NCBI GenBank assembly: GCA_002269645.1
Contig: NIVC01003418.1
Span: 9,758-73,757, forward strand
Direction of reading: 5' to 3'
DNA from: Macrostomum lignano
Lineage: Eukaryota
Length of the DNA stretch: 64,000 nt
Part shown: positions 12,435-25,499 of the stretch, piece after piece
Numbering within the stretch: position 1 is the stretch's first letter
Layout of the letters: every line of letters begins with the position of its first letter
The notes under the pieces: generated by a model
What the model was told of the DNA's origin: nothing
Seen by the model: only the letters and a program-made list of their open reading frames with translations
Database searches by the model: none
Position numbers and translations under genes: made by a program

Positions 12435-14745
12435 GGCTGACTCACAGATCCGGTAACGTATTCTGTAGCTAAATTTACTGCGGCTAAGCTAATCTCCAAA
12501 GCAGAGTTAAAACAGTATACGGTTTTTTAATTCGAGTTTTAGGTATTTAAAACAATTGTGGTGTCGTTTTTATTTGTCTGTTGCATTGAAGTGTTGAAAC
12601 TGTCTCAGGCTCTCTCTGCTCAAGAGTTCTTGTGGCATCCGTGTCGAAGATGTTCTTAAGCTTCAAATTGCTGAATGATTCGAGAAGAATTGCTTTTCTG
12701 ACCGAGCTGCGATTGGCGATTAGCAAGCTAAATAAACATTCTCGCAGTTTCGTGATAGAAGTGCGAGAATTTCTGTTTTGATGCTACCACTGGATTGCTC
12801 TCGAGTTCGAGTGATGCTTCACAACTGTGTAGGATGTTTAATCTTTTTTCAACAGCCTGATGGCTTGCCAGACTTAAGTGGCATATCAGAAACATCAGAA
12901 ACAAATTTCGGATCGAATAGTTGATAGACTGAACTGAAATTTGCTAATTTTTCCATACCTTTTGGTGCAATAGTTGTTTAAATAACGTATAATCACTATT
13001 GAATGCATTATTTAAATTGTTAACTCACTTTTTATGCTTAAAAAGTCCATCGCGGACTCGGTCGTTTCAGTTGGCAATTTTCTTCTTTATTAGAGGCAGG
13101 GGGCTGTGCGTATCCCAGCGCACTTTAAGCGACACTGTCACGCAACCGGCGAGAGGCATTGCTGCCCCTTCCGCCGACTCCCCTGAGCAGGCTGTCGCGG
13201 AATTCATTCATTTACTCATTCATTCAGTGCATATGTACCTGTGTGTACGGTGGTGGTTGTTTAGCCTAATATCGATTTATTTGCCGCTTTCAAACCACCC
13301 CCTCTGTTTGTGCGCTTTGCGCCGTTTTCCTACCCTTCTTATCTCTCTCAGCCTCCTAGGTTTTCACTCACCATTTTTTAAACATCTGCAAGGCCTTTCG
13401 TGACCTATCGTTTGTTTTTTCCGTTGCTCAGTCCGCAGGTCGAGCTCCATCATGCCAGGCACACAGCGCCAAGGAGCGTGCGAGTTGACGAGCACACCTC
13501 CGATCGATGCGCACTGCCGATTGGCTGAGCACCAGCTGTGGCTGTGAGCTGTGCTCACGAACAGGCACAGACCGGCCTGCATGGTGAACGGTGTGGGACA
13601 CGGCAGGGCCTGCGACTGCAGCAGCTGGCAGCTCAGAAGCAGCAGCAGCAGCATGGCTGACTCACAGATCCGGTAACGTATTCTGTAGCTAAATTTACTG
13701 CGGCTAAGCTAATCTCCAAAGCAGAGTTAAAACAGTATACGGTTTTTTAATTCGAGTTTTAGGTATTTAAAACAATTGTGGTGTCGTTTTTATTTGTCTG
13801 TTGCATTGAAGTGTTCAAACTGTCTCAGGCTCTCTCTGCTCAAGAGTTCTTGTGGCATCCGTGTCGAAGATGTTCTTAAGCTTCAAATTGCTGAATGATT
13901 CGAGAAGAATTGCTTTTCTGACCGAGCTGCGATTGGGCGATTAGCAAGCTAAATAAACATTCTCGCAGTTTCGTGATAGAAGTGCGAGAATTTCTGTTTT
14001 GATGCTACCACTGGATTGCTCTCGAGTTCGAGTGATGCTTCACAACTGTGTAGGATGTTTAATCTTTTTTCAACAGCCTGATGGCTTGCCAGACTTAAGT
14101 GGCATATCAGAAACATCAGAAACAAATTTCGGATCGAATAGTTGATAGACTGAACTGAAATTTGCTAATTTTTCCATACCTTTTGGTGCAATAGTTGTTT
14201 AAATAACGTATAATCACTATTGAATGCATTATTTAAATTGTTAACTCACTTTTTATGCTTAAAAAGTCCATCGCGGACTCGGTCGTTTCAGTTGGCAATT
14301 TTCTTCTTTATTAGAGGCAGGGGGCTGTGCGTATCCCAGCGCACTTTAAGCGACACTGTCACGCAACCGGCGAGAGGCATTGCTGCCCCTTCCGCCGACT
14401 CCCCTGAGCAGGCTGTCGCGGAATTCATTCATTTACTCATTCATTCAGTGCATATGTACCTGTGTGTACGGTGGTGGTTGTTTAGCCTAATATCGATTTA
14501 TTTGCCGCTTTCAAACCACCCCCTCTGTTTGTGCGCTTTGCCGCCTCCCCCGTTTTCCTACCCTTCTTATCTCTCTCCTAGCCTACCTAGCCCCCCCACC
14601 CCCAAATTTTCACTCACCATTTTTTTAATACAAAATATATTGACCGTGCAAGGCCTTTCGTGCCTATCGTTTGTTTTTTCCGTTGCTCATCCTAAAGTTA
14701 AACAAATCGACTCCAAAATAACAACACAGGCACACAAGCGCAAGG
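12254..14745. repeat. About 1.22-kb tandem segmental duplication
   Basis: 12254-13474 is almost identical to 13475-14700 (offset 1220-1221). The junction near 13473 joins SINE B sequence to lectin CDS. Confidence 0.9.
13475..13654 (-). pseudogene. C-type lectin 5' fragment (copy C)
   Basis: Signal peptide and first CTL residues, truncated at the duplication junction. Confidence 0.85.
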
Positions 14746-14990
14746 ATACGTACGCAGTCATACGCACAGGCACACACTCACACAAGAGTGTACAGCGGCT
14801 CTAACTTTATTTATCGTTAGTCATGTACACTTTACTGTGTTTTGGGGGTTGGCCTTGAAGGGCGTCAATTGCACGAGCAGAGCCAAGCCGAGATTCCAAT
14901 TTAGCCCTAAATTAATGTAACTGCACTTGGAATCGAGCCTGGGCCGCTGGCACACCAGAGCGCCGCGCTGGACCACTAGGCTACGGCCCC
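14311..14990 (-). mobile_element. SINE family B interrupted by an unrelated insert of about 310 bp
   Basis: SINE 3' part at 14311-14413 and 5' part at 14725-14990 flank non-SINE sequence. The 3' part is duplicated at 13090-13192. Confidence 0.75.
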
Positions 14991-15103
14991 GTAACCTAAA
15001 ACGTAACTTTCACCTAACCTAAATCGCTGGCAATTAATTGTTTTAATCAATTCACAGCCAAAATCCTGCACAATGCAGTTACGCAAATGTTTAAAACAAC
15101 TAT

Positions 15104-17073
15104 TTAATAGCCTTTCCTATTGGCAATGTAAGCGGCAAGGTTTTTGTTCGATGCCAGAACGCGTTCGCGATGAGCTGCCAGCTGAGGGAAGCTGGACATC
15201 AGGCGGCGCGCCTCCGGTCCCATGCAGTCAACGAAGTCAAGCAGGTTGATGATGGCCAGATCAGCTAAAGTGAGCGAGTCTCCAACGGCGAATCCACCGC
15301 TGCTGCCGGAGTCCTGCATCAACTTCACCAGGCTGGCAAAATGGCGCGGTCCTTTGGCTTCGAGGAACTCCTGCTTGGCAGCTTCTCGACTCCCCGCAGG
15401 ACCGTACAGCGCTGGAGCGATTGCTTCTTCGGCGAAATCGGTAATCTGAATGTAGGAAATCGGTAATCTGAATGTTGGAAATCGGTAATCTGAATGTAGG
15501 AAATCGGTAATCTGAATGTTGGAAATCGGTAATCTGAATGTTGGAAATCGGTAATCTGATCTGAATGTTGGAAATCGGTAATCTGAATGTTGGAAATCGG
15601 TAATCTGATCTCAATGTTGGAAATCGGTAATCTGAATGTTGGAAATCGGTAATCTGATCTGAATGTTGGAAATCAATAATCTGAACGTTAGAAATCGTTA
15701 ATCTGAATGTTGGAAATCGGTAATCTGAACTGGAAATTGTTTAGCTCCGCGAGTTAAAGATTGCTCAAATCAATGTACAGACACATTTTAAAATAGATAT
15801 ACTTTCATCCAGACACAATAGCTATTAGTTTTGGCCATTATTCCACAGATTACTCCCCAATGTACACAAATTTTATCACGTGACTGTTTCCCGATGTTTA
15901 TCATGTATCAAACCTCTAGCCTTATGGTTGCATTAGCGTGAAATAAGTGTGAAACAATGGCACCTATGCAGTGTGTAGCATACGTCGTAGTTAAAGAATG
16001 GCCCGAAACCTGTATCATTATTCAGCCCAGCTACATGAACATACTGAACGATCTACCCTTCCTTATTTCACGCGGATGCTAAGATAAAAAAGAGAGTTGA
16101 ATACGTGGGGAAGGCAGTCACGTGATGAATTTTTCGTACCTGTGGTAAATATGAATAGCGGGTGCAACTGTTGAATAATGGCCAAAACTAATGGCTATTA
16201 TTGTGTCTCATGCATCATGCACACATGCACAATAATCATGCATACTCGTAGTAGTGCAGAACAGCTGTTTCAAAATGCTCAGTGCTAATAGAATGCGCTT
16301 GTTTAACTTCATTTGCTGTTCAATTTTACCCTACGCACCGTTGTATCGAACTGTAGAGCAATTTGACAACAGATAGGTATATGGAAGAGAACCTTGCTTT
16401 AGCTCACATGCGAGAGCGTCCGTCTGCTAAGACATTGTGTAGAATAAAGACTATTATAATATATTGTTGTTGCACTCGCTGATGCAGGCAATCAAAAATA
16501 TTATTTCAAAAGAAGGTGAAGTCTGATGAGATGATAATGCATCTTGATACGGTTTCTTCGCTAATTTTGCGTCGGTATAGCCTGAAGACACGAATTTTTC
16601 GACAAATGTTCCGCAGGGTGGACAAACTTTTGTTGCCTCAGGGGGTAGCTACAAAAGTAACAGAGCTGAGAAGAGAAACAAACCTTGAGCGGGCCGGATT
16701 GCTATTGTGAAGTCTCAGCGAAATAGAGGGAGTTTGCCGACCTCCAGCTGTTCTAGAGTTCATGTACTCGTATATATGTACTCACCTGATAGATCAATCG
16801 ATCCACAAGGTAGCACTCAAATGGATCGCTGCTCATCAAGTTGAACCTCTTAGCCAGCAGGGCAGCTATGGGATTGCTCTGCACCAGCGTGCTACCTGTC
16901 ACCGGGTCATCCAGGAAGGGCGCTACTCCGGTTGGCGCCATCGCCTTGTACTTGGCCATCCATTCGTTTCTGCTGAACCGGATGTCCTGAAACTCGACGC
17001 CTGCCGCAGCGAGCACAAGCCTAATGACTTCCGCTCTGCCGCGCATGTCGAAGTAGTACAGCTTGTAGCTCAT
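15104..17073 (-). CDS. Glutathione S-transferase, sigma-like (GST1), 209 aa, 2 exons
   Basis: Exon 1 17073-16786 ([19 protein letters not shown]...LVQSNPIA..., donor CAG|GTGAGT). Exon 2 15445-15104 (ITDFAEE...[16 protein letters not shown]...RKGY*). Phase 0 intron. Confidence 0.92.
15436..15731. repeat. 22-bp tandem array made of the GST1 3' splice junction
   Basis: About 13 units of GAAATCGGTAATCTGAATGTTG (some 27 bp). On the minus strand each reads ...CCAACATTCAG|ATTACCGATT. Confidence 0.92.
15811..16208. mobile_element. MITE-like element in the GST1 intron
   Basis: Terminal inverted repeats of about 32 bp (AGACACAATAGCTATTAGTTTTGGCCATTATTC / GAATAATGGCCAAAACTAATGGCTATTATTGTGTCT) and an inner inverted repeat ATCACGTGACTG / CAGTCACGTGAT. 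Confidence 0.75.
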
Positions 17074-17622
17074 CATGTAGATCGCCTTGCGGGAACTGGT
17101 GACAAAATGTATTTTCCTTGGAAAAAATAGTTTCGGTCTCTTTAATTCGATGCGTCTACTGCATCTATCTGTTATTATAGGTACCAATGAAACAGAAGTG
17201 AAAGCCGCACTTCGGGGAATTTTTATAAAATGCTACACTGAGTCCGGGGTAAGGGATAGAGTTTGCACACTGCTCAGCCTTGAAGTAACTAGTTCGTTAG
17301 TACTCGTAAGCTGTTTTGCTCGCGAGGAAGCACTAAACTAAGCAGCTGTTGCAAACTGCACATGCAGGGTGTGCGTTTTCTCTTTTTATTTTTGCCGCAA
17401 AAGTAAAAAATCTGACCGCAATTTCACCCAAACACGTGGAGGCCACTATAGCTAGTACTGTTTAGCATAGATTTGTTGTGGAATATTTTAAAATACAAGT
17501 TATTGTAAGACTGCATTCCTCTAATCTCCCTTAATTGACGCTGATAATGGTTGGTAGTTCTGATTAAATTTTTTAACTACGGTACTTAAGTTTCGATTTA
17601 AGTCATTAGCAAACGTTTCCTA

Positions 17623-17988
17623 AGGGGGCCGTAGCCCAGCGGTAGCGCAGCTGCTCTGGTGTGCCAGCGACCCAGGCTCGATTCCAAGTGCAGTCACATT
17701 AATTTGGGGCTGAATTGGAATCTCGGCTTGGCTCTGCTTGTGCAATTAACGGCCTTGAGAGCCAACCCCCAAGGCGCAGTGAAGTGTACATGCCTAACGA
17801 TAATATAAAGTTAGGGCCGCTGTACACTCCTGTGTGAGTGTGTGCCTGCGTACGTATCCGCGCGCTTGTATGCCTGCTCAGGGGAGTCGGCGGAATGGGC
17901 AGTAATGCCTCTCGCCGGTTGTGTGCCTATGTCGCTTAAAGTGCGCCAGGGTGCACACAACCCCCCTGCCTCTAATAATAATAATAAA
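17623..17988 (+). mobile_element. Full-length SINE family B (tRNA-Gln-like head) with 12-bp TSD
   Basis: Head GGGGCCGTAGCCCAGCGG...CTCTG...CCAGCGACCCAGGCTCGATTCC; (TAA)n tail; AAACGTTTCCTA duplicated at 17611-17622 and 17989-18000. Confidence 0.92.
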
Positions 17989-18257
17989 AAACGTTTCCTA
18001 TGTATTTCCGCAAATGATTTGATAACAACGTTCAGATATATACGTCAAACTAACAAACGCCTCTATGTCATGCAGCTACAGTAGATTGGCTTGTTTTGTA
18101 ACTAAAATGGACAGTTGAAGTTGAAGTTAGGACGCTAGAATTCGAATTTCTTAGAAATCGAGCGTAGGCGCCCTTCTACTGTAGTTGTCCATGAAAATTA
18201 ATTATTTGAAAAATGATTATAAGCTTTGTCTCCGAACTCGGCTCGTTCTCTAGATCT

Positions 18258-19392
18258 CTAGAACGGCAGCGCTCCCGGTTTCCGGTTGGCCAGATAGTCG
18301 GCCAGTTTCTTGTTCGACTCGAGCGCGTGCTTCCGGTGGGCGGCGAACTCCGCGAAGCCGGCCGCGAGCTCCTGGGCTTCGGGGCCGATGAACTCCATGA
18401 AGTCGATCAGGTTGATAAGGGCCAGGTCGGCCAAGGTGAGGCTCTTTCCAGCTGCGGCGAACTTCGAGTCGGAGGCCTCCCGCAGGTACCCGGCCAGGAT
18501 GCCGAAATGGTAAGGCGCCTTGGTCTCCAGGAATTCCTTCTTGAAAGCTGGACGCTTCTCCTCCGGGCCAAATAGTATGTCGATGGCGAGGTTCTCGATG
18601 TCCGTGAGCTTTTCGGTGTAGGGGAACGGAGCAAAGGTTCTAGCTTTTATACTAGTAAATCTTTTTAATATGATATTTGATTGACGAAGGCTCGTTCAAT
18701 TGACCTAATTAAACGAACTAAAGCTCAAAGCTCAATGGACAGTTCATAATAAAAATATAATTTTAATTTATTACACCTGCAATAATACAGATGTGCAACC
18801 GACAGCTCAGCCGCAGCTATTTGCGCAGCGCATCTGAAGGCTGCGTACGGCTGTTCAGTCCAAGGACTGGGGGGTCGCCACACACACTCTCAATGACCCC
18901 AGCCAATGCTGGCACCCATTTTATAGCTGAGTGAACTGAAGCGAACCCCCCGACCTTTCAGTTGTAAGTCCGACACCCTAACCACTAGGCCTCAACCCCT
19001 CTATTTAACAGCCACAGAAAAAAATTTATGGTTTGAAAAGCTACTGTTTTGTCAGTAGTTTGTAAGAAAATTTCCTACTTATGGTTGAACCCCGAAGCGC
19101 TAACCTGGTGCAGGATTCTCTCAACTCTGTAGAACTCCTGGTCATCGCTGGCTGCCAGGCCGAATCTCGCAGCCAGCAGTCTGGCGATGGCGCCACTTTG
19201 CACCAGCGTTTTCCCGGTCACCGGGTCGACCAAGTACGGACACAAGCCCGTAGGCGAGATCGCCCTGTACTTGCTTTCCCATTCTTCCAAATCGAATCGA
19301 ATGTCTTCGAAATCGACCCCAGCGGCTGCGAAGACCAGACGGATAATTTCTCCACGTCCGCGACCGTCGAAGTAGTACAGCTTGTAGCTCAT
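18258..19392 (-). CDS. Glutathione S-transferase, sigma-like (GST2), 212 aa, 2 exons
   Basis: Exon 1 19392-19105 ([19 protein letters not shown]...[12 protein letters not shown]..., donor CAG|GTTAGC). Exon 2 18608-18258 ([14 protein letters not shown]...[15 protein letters not shown]...RKPGALPF*). Same intron position as GST1. Confidence 0.93.
18790..18999 (-). mobile_element. SINE family A (internally deleted) in the GST2 intron
   Basis: Matches 35028-35310 (AGATGTGCAACCGACAGCTCAGCCGCAGCTATT..., ATGCTGGCACCCATTTTA, CTAACCACTAGGC). Confidence 0.8.
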
Positions 19393-19761
19393 GACTGCGA
19401 GTTGTCTGGGCTCTGGGGTGACTGCGTGGCGCACACTTCAACAGCTAGCTCTAGCGTTTATAATTGTTTTCAGTCGCGCGCTGTTATCGCAATTGACTGC
19501 TTTCGGAAGATAAAGACTGGTTTAGCTGGGTCCTATTTTGCTCTATCTTCTGCTTGTTGTTGCTCGTCACTGCCTGTCCTGTTATCTTGTACATTTAGCT
19601 ACTAGCGTGTTCAATTCATAGGCTGTAAAAGAGTTACTACTAGATAGTACTAATACCCCTTTATTCCATTAGGTTGAAATTGTTCAAACTGAAATTTGTC
19701 TAATCCTTAACGGGCAAAGACTGGTGCTAAAATGTCTGTTTGGGTCCGTCTTGTCTGTCGG

Positions 19762-20140
19762 GTTAAATGCCTTGGGTTAATGCCTTGGGTTAATGCCTTG
19801 GGTTAATGCCTTGGGTTAATGCCTTGGGTTAATGTCTTGGGTTAATGCCTTGGGTTAATGTCTTGGGTTAATGTCTTGGGTTAATGCCTTGGGTTAATGT
19901 CTTGGGTTAATGTCTTGGGTTAATGCCTTGGGCTAATGCCTTGGGTTAATGTCTTGGGTTAATGCCTTGGGTTAATGCCTTGGGTTAATGCCTTGGGTTA
20001 ATGCCTTGGGTTAATGCCTTGGGTTAATTCCTTGGGTTAATGCCTTGGGTTAATGCCTTGGGTTAATGTCTTGGGTTGATGCCTTGGGTTAATGCCTTGG
20101 GTTAATGCCTTGGGTTAATGCCTTGGGTTAATGCCTTGGG
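19762..20140. repeat. 14-bp minisatellite, about 27 copies
   Basis: Unit TTGGGTTAATG(C/T)CT. Confidence 0.95.
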
Positions 20141-20680
20141 AAATGTCTGCTTGGTAAAAAGAGCCGACAGCTGTCAAGTTTCTGGTAGAGTCGGCGAAGT
20201 ATCTGAAAGTGTCAGACAGACAGAGCTTTTCACGTAATAATTGTGAACAAACAGCTCATTAAAAAGTCCCGCCGACTTGAAAGGTAACAATCTTTAATGG
20301 AAAGAGATTCGCCGAGTCTTGGTGACAAGAAGATTTACTCAATATGAGCTACTTGTACGACTCAAGTCCGTCTAGAAATTTTCAAAATAATTGAGGCACA
20401 AATGCAGTGCCACCGCGTGATGAAGATTCAAACGATTCTCTCATAGAGAGATGAGTAGACTCAAGGACCACTAGAAGTTAACATCGTAATTAGTAGACGA
20501 GACTACTTAACTAGCAATAGCGAAAGAGGTAAAATTGAAGCAGCCGCACTGACAGCACCGGCTATTTGGACTTTTACAGAGCAAGGACGTTAGTGTTGGT
20601 AAAGCCGTTTGCTGGCGTCACAAACGACTACAAACTATTGGACTTCGACAGACAGATCGATACCCAATCCATTAGCGTAA

Positions 20681-21406
20681 ATGTCAATGAAGCAGCTGCT
20701 GCTGCTGCTGCTTCTGAGCTGCCAGCTGCTGCAGTCGCAGGCCCTGCCGTGTCCCGCACTGTTCACCATGCAGGCCGGTCTGTGCCTGTTCGTGAGCACA
20801 GCTCACAGCCACAGCTGGTGCTCAGCCAATCGGCAGTGCGCATCGATCGGAGGCGAGCTCGTTAACTCGCACAGCTCCATCCTGGCGCTCAATCGCAGCG
20901 GCATCAGCTCATCCTGCAGCTGCCAGCTGTGGCTCGGCCTGAGCGACCTGGCCGATGAGAGAAACCGGAGCAGAGCCGGCTGGCAGAGGGTCAACGGAAA
21001 CGGCTTCGCCAGTCCCGAAAGTCTGTTTCCCTCAAACGAACCATCAGGACTTGCTGTTGAAAACTGCATTCGGATGAACGAACTCGGACTGCTCAAAGAC
21101 ACCAATTGCAAATTAAACTTTGGATTCGCTTGCGAGTACAAGGACCCCTCTGCGGATCCGAGGTTTGCCAACTGGAAGAAAGTGTCGTTCAAGAGAGCCA
21201 TCTACAACTCCGAGTACTGCTTCACGGATGTGCCGAATGTGAGCAGCGCTGTTGAGTGCGTTGCAGCCGCTATGATTTACGGCAGCTGCAGACACGTGCT
21301 GTACAACAGCAAGCTGAGAGCCTGCCGCCTGCTGCTGTTCACCGACGCTCAGGTGGAGGCGGAGATCGAGACGAGCGCCGACTGGGTCAAACTTAAAATG
21401 CTGTGA
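20681..21406 (+). CDS. Secreted C-type lectin + PAN protein (copy D), 241 aa
   Basis: Intact ORF with signal peptide, CTL domain (EPSGLAVENC) and PAN-like C-terminus. Confidence 0.87.
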   Translation: MSMKQLLLLLLLSCQLLQSQALPCPALFTMQAGLCLFVSTAHSHSWCSANRQCASIGGELVNSHSSILALNRSGISSSCSCQLWLGLSDLADERNRSRAGWQRVNGNGFASPESLFPSNEPSGLAVENCIRMNELGLLKDTNCKLNFGFACEYKDPSADPRFANWKKVSFKRAIYNSEYCFTDVPNVSSAVECVAAAMIYGSCRHVLYNSKLRACRLLLFTDAQVEAEIETSADWVKLKML

Positions 21407-22249
21407 TCAGCTTAGCTCGACAGCATACTGAATACTGGCTAAATTAAAGCTTTGACAGTGTCTTTTTTCGTTGGTGTTTACAATTTTAATGGAAACTTGG
21501 AAAGTTACCCACACATTAAGCCGGCTCGAACTGCTTGCAATAATTGGACAGAACTTTGTTCGTTTATTTAACATGAAGCTCTATTTAACGGTTCTGACGA
21601 CAATTTGCCATAGCGGAGGTTTGCGAGATTTTAGTGCGTAAATTGGTGACTTTTATGGGCCTAAATTCGACAAAGTGGCACAATTAACCCTCATCACCGT
21701 TCCATTCTCTCTGCGGCATTGACCCCAAATTCATTTTCTCCAATTCTGGAGAAATTTCATCTTCAAGAATTATGTACCTTTGAAACGATTTAGTAAAATC
21801 TCCAATAATAATCAGAATTAAAATAGGAGATTCTGTAATTTGTATATCAAGTGCATAATTAATAAAGCACATAGACAAGAGGTTGCAGTTGCGTTAGGTG
21901 CGCGTTGAAGAGGAGAGGAGAAGAGCGAAACATAGAGGAGAGCTAGAGAGGATTACCACAGTTTGGCCATAGACTATGCTGTTAAATGCACACTTCGTCG
22001 TGTTACAATATATAGCTTTAGCTAGCCTTAAAGACTAGTCTTTCGGCCATAGACAAAATTCATGTCAATTTGGCTCCCGTCTATGCAAAATGGCTCCCCT
22101 AAGGCTAATACATTCGTTTTTTTTATTTCCCTAGCGCATTTCGGATTCCCGCTCCCCATAGACCATAGAATACATGTATATTGATCACGAACGACCCTCG
22201 TGATAGATTTCCTCGCTAGATTGTACATACCATAGACAACCAATTATAA

Positions 22250-22790
22250 TCGAGAGCCGAATTGACACACTACGGCTTATGGGAGCCAAATTGCACGAGC
22301 CATTGATTCTTATGGGAGCCGTTTTGACACACTGTTGCTTATGGGAGCCAAATTGACAGAATGCGGCTTATGGGAGCCAAATTGACACACTACGGCTTAT
22401 GGGAGCCGTTTTGACATACTGATTCTTATGGGAGCCAAATTGACACACTGCGGCTTATGGGAGCCGATTTGACATACTGCGGCTTATGGGAGCCGATTTG
22501 ACATACTGCGGCTTTTGGGAGCCAAATTGTACGAGCCATTGATTCTTATGGGAGCCGTTTTGACACACTGTTGCTTATGGGAGCCATTTTGACACACTGC
22601 GGCTTATAGGAGCCATTTTGCATGATAGCTTTTGATTTAGATTCTTATGTGAGCCGTTTTGACATACTGTGGCTTATAGGAGCCGTTTTGCGTGAGCGCT
22701 TTTGATATATAGATTCTTATGGGAGCCGTTTTGACACACTGTGGCTTATGGGAGCCATTTTGACACACTGCGGCTTATAAGAGCCGTTTT
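22250..22790. repeat. About 29-30 bp degenerate minisatellite
   Basis: Unit CTTATGGGAGCC(AAA/GTT)TTGACACACTGCGG. Confidence 0.88.
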
Positions 22791-22814
22791 GCAGGAGATT
22801 AGTATGAAGAAGAT

Positions 22815-23350
22815 TCATCTCCCAGACAGCAGGCATCCCCCAGATAGCAAGCATCCCCAAGATAGCAAGCATCCCCCAGATAGATAGCATCCCCCAGATA
22901 GATAGCATCCCCCAGATAGCAAGCATCCCCCAGATAGATAGCATCCCCCAGATAGCAAGCATCCCCCAGATAGCAAGCATCCCCCAGATAGCAAGCATCC
23001 CCCCAGATAGATAGCATCCCCCAGATAGATAGCATCCCCCAGATAGATAGCATCCCCCAGATAGCAAGCATCCCCCAGATAGATAGCATCCCCCAGATAG
23101 CAAGCATCCCCCAGATAGCAAGCATCCCCCCAGATAGCAAGCATCCCCCCAGATAGCAAGCATCCCCCAGATAGATAGCATCCCCCAGATAGATAGCATC
23201 CCCCAGATAGCAAGCATCCCCCAGATAGATAGCATCCCCCAGATAGCAAGCATCCCCCAGATAGCAAGCATCCCCCAGATAGCAAGCATCCCCCCAGATA
23301 GCAAGCATCCCCAAGATAGATAGCATCCCCCAAATAGATAGCATCCCCCA
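22815..23350. repeat. 19-20 bp minisatellite
   Basis: Unit CCCCCAGATAG(CA/AT)AGCATC. Confidence 0.93.
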
Positions 23351-23773
23351 AATTTCTTATCTCAACTCTTCCATCTCTATCCTCTATCAATTCTACTCTC
23401 GCTTCTCTTCACTCTCCGCTCATCTCTACAATCCACCAGAGCTAGACAGCGAGCAATCACCCGAGATCTAGACAGCAGCAATCATCACCCAGAAAGCAAG
23501 CATCCCCAGAAGAAAAAAGTTTTTTTTCAGCGCGAAAATTTTCTAAGTCAAAAAAATTTTGACACTTAGAGAAATTTCACATTTCTCGAGCGAGCGCAGC
23601 GTTTCCCAAAAATTAATTTTGGCTGTGACAGGTAAGTGGTTGGGTTGGGGTGGGATATTTATAGTAATAGGTAGATTGGGTGGGTTAGTTAGCCAGTCAG
23701 TCAATCGGTATGTATGTATGTATTAGCTATATGACTATATGCTGCGCTAAATGAGTACTAGTGTTTATTGTTT

Positions 23774-24514
<741 letters not shown>

Positions 24515-25232
24515 TTGGTTGGTTTGATTAACAGCGGTATTAGAGACAGAGACAAACATAAACTATCTAACATAGATAGATTACCATAGACTAAAGTACT
24601 AGTGTCGATTGTCATCCATCCATTCATCCATCCGCGGTATCATTCAGTCTCGTATAACCAACCATAGACTATTGTTTACTTAACATTGAACGCGCGCTGC
24701 TCTAATCCATCTAACGTTATGCTTAGGTTGGTTAGGGTTAGGGTTAGGGGGGGCGTCCGTCCGTCTATTCGTCTGGACAGGGCAAGGGCAGACACGAGCT
24801 TATCCGCAGTGTGACAATAATTGATTTATTTTTAGTATATTTACTATAAATAGCCGCGGGTTCGTCCCTAAAGAATCTATACTAGAAATACATGCTGGCT
24901 CGTCACTAAAGCTACAAGAAGACTGATTGACCATAGACTATCGAGTGAGTGAGCGAGCGAGCGAGCGAGAAATCGAATCAATTCTCTAAGGGACGAACCC
25001 GCATCTATTTATAGTAAATATACTAAAAATAAATCAACACTTGCTCTTCGAAATTATAGTGCAGAAAATGAGGATGACTGCTGTGGTGGAGGAGGAGGAG
25101 AAAGAAGAGTAGGAGTATGATACCTATATATATACATATAAAATAAACTATGCATTGTCTACTACTGAAATAAATACCATAGTGTGAATATATAAGCAAA
25201 ATTATATAATTCTGTTAAATTGCTTTTAATCT

Positions 25233-25346
<114 letters not shown>

Positions 25347-25499
25347 ATCATTCTATCTCTACCCTCCCCTCCCCCTCACTAACCCTAAACCTAACCCTAA
25401 CTCTAACAACAAACAAATTTTTTTCTGGGAAACGCTGCGCTCGCTCGAGAAATGTGTAGCTGAATTCATTTAGCGCAACTGCTTTTGATCGGTAGTTGA

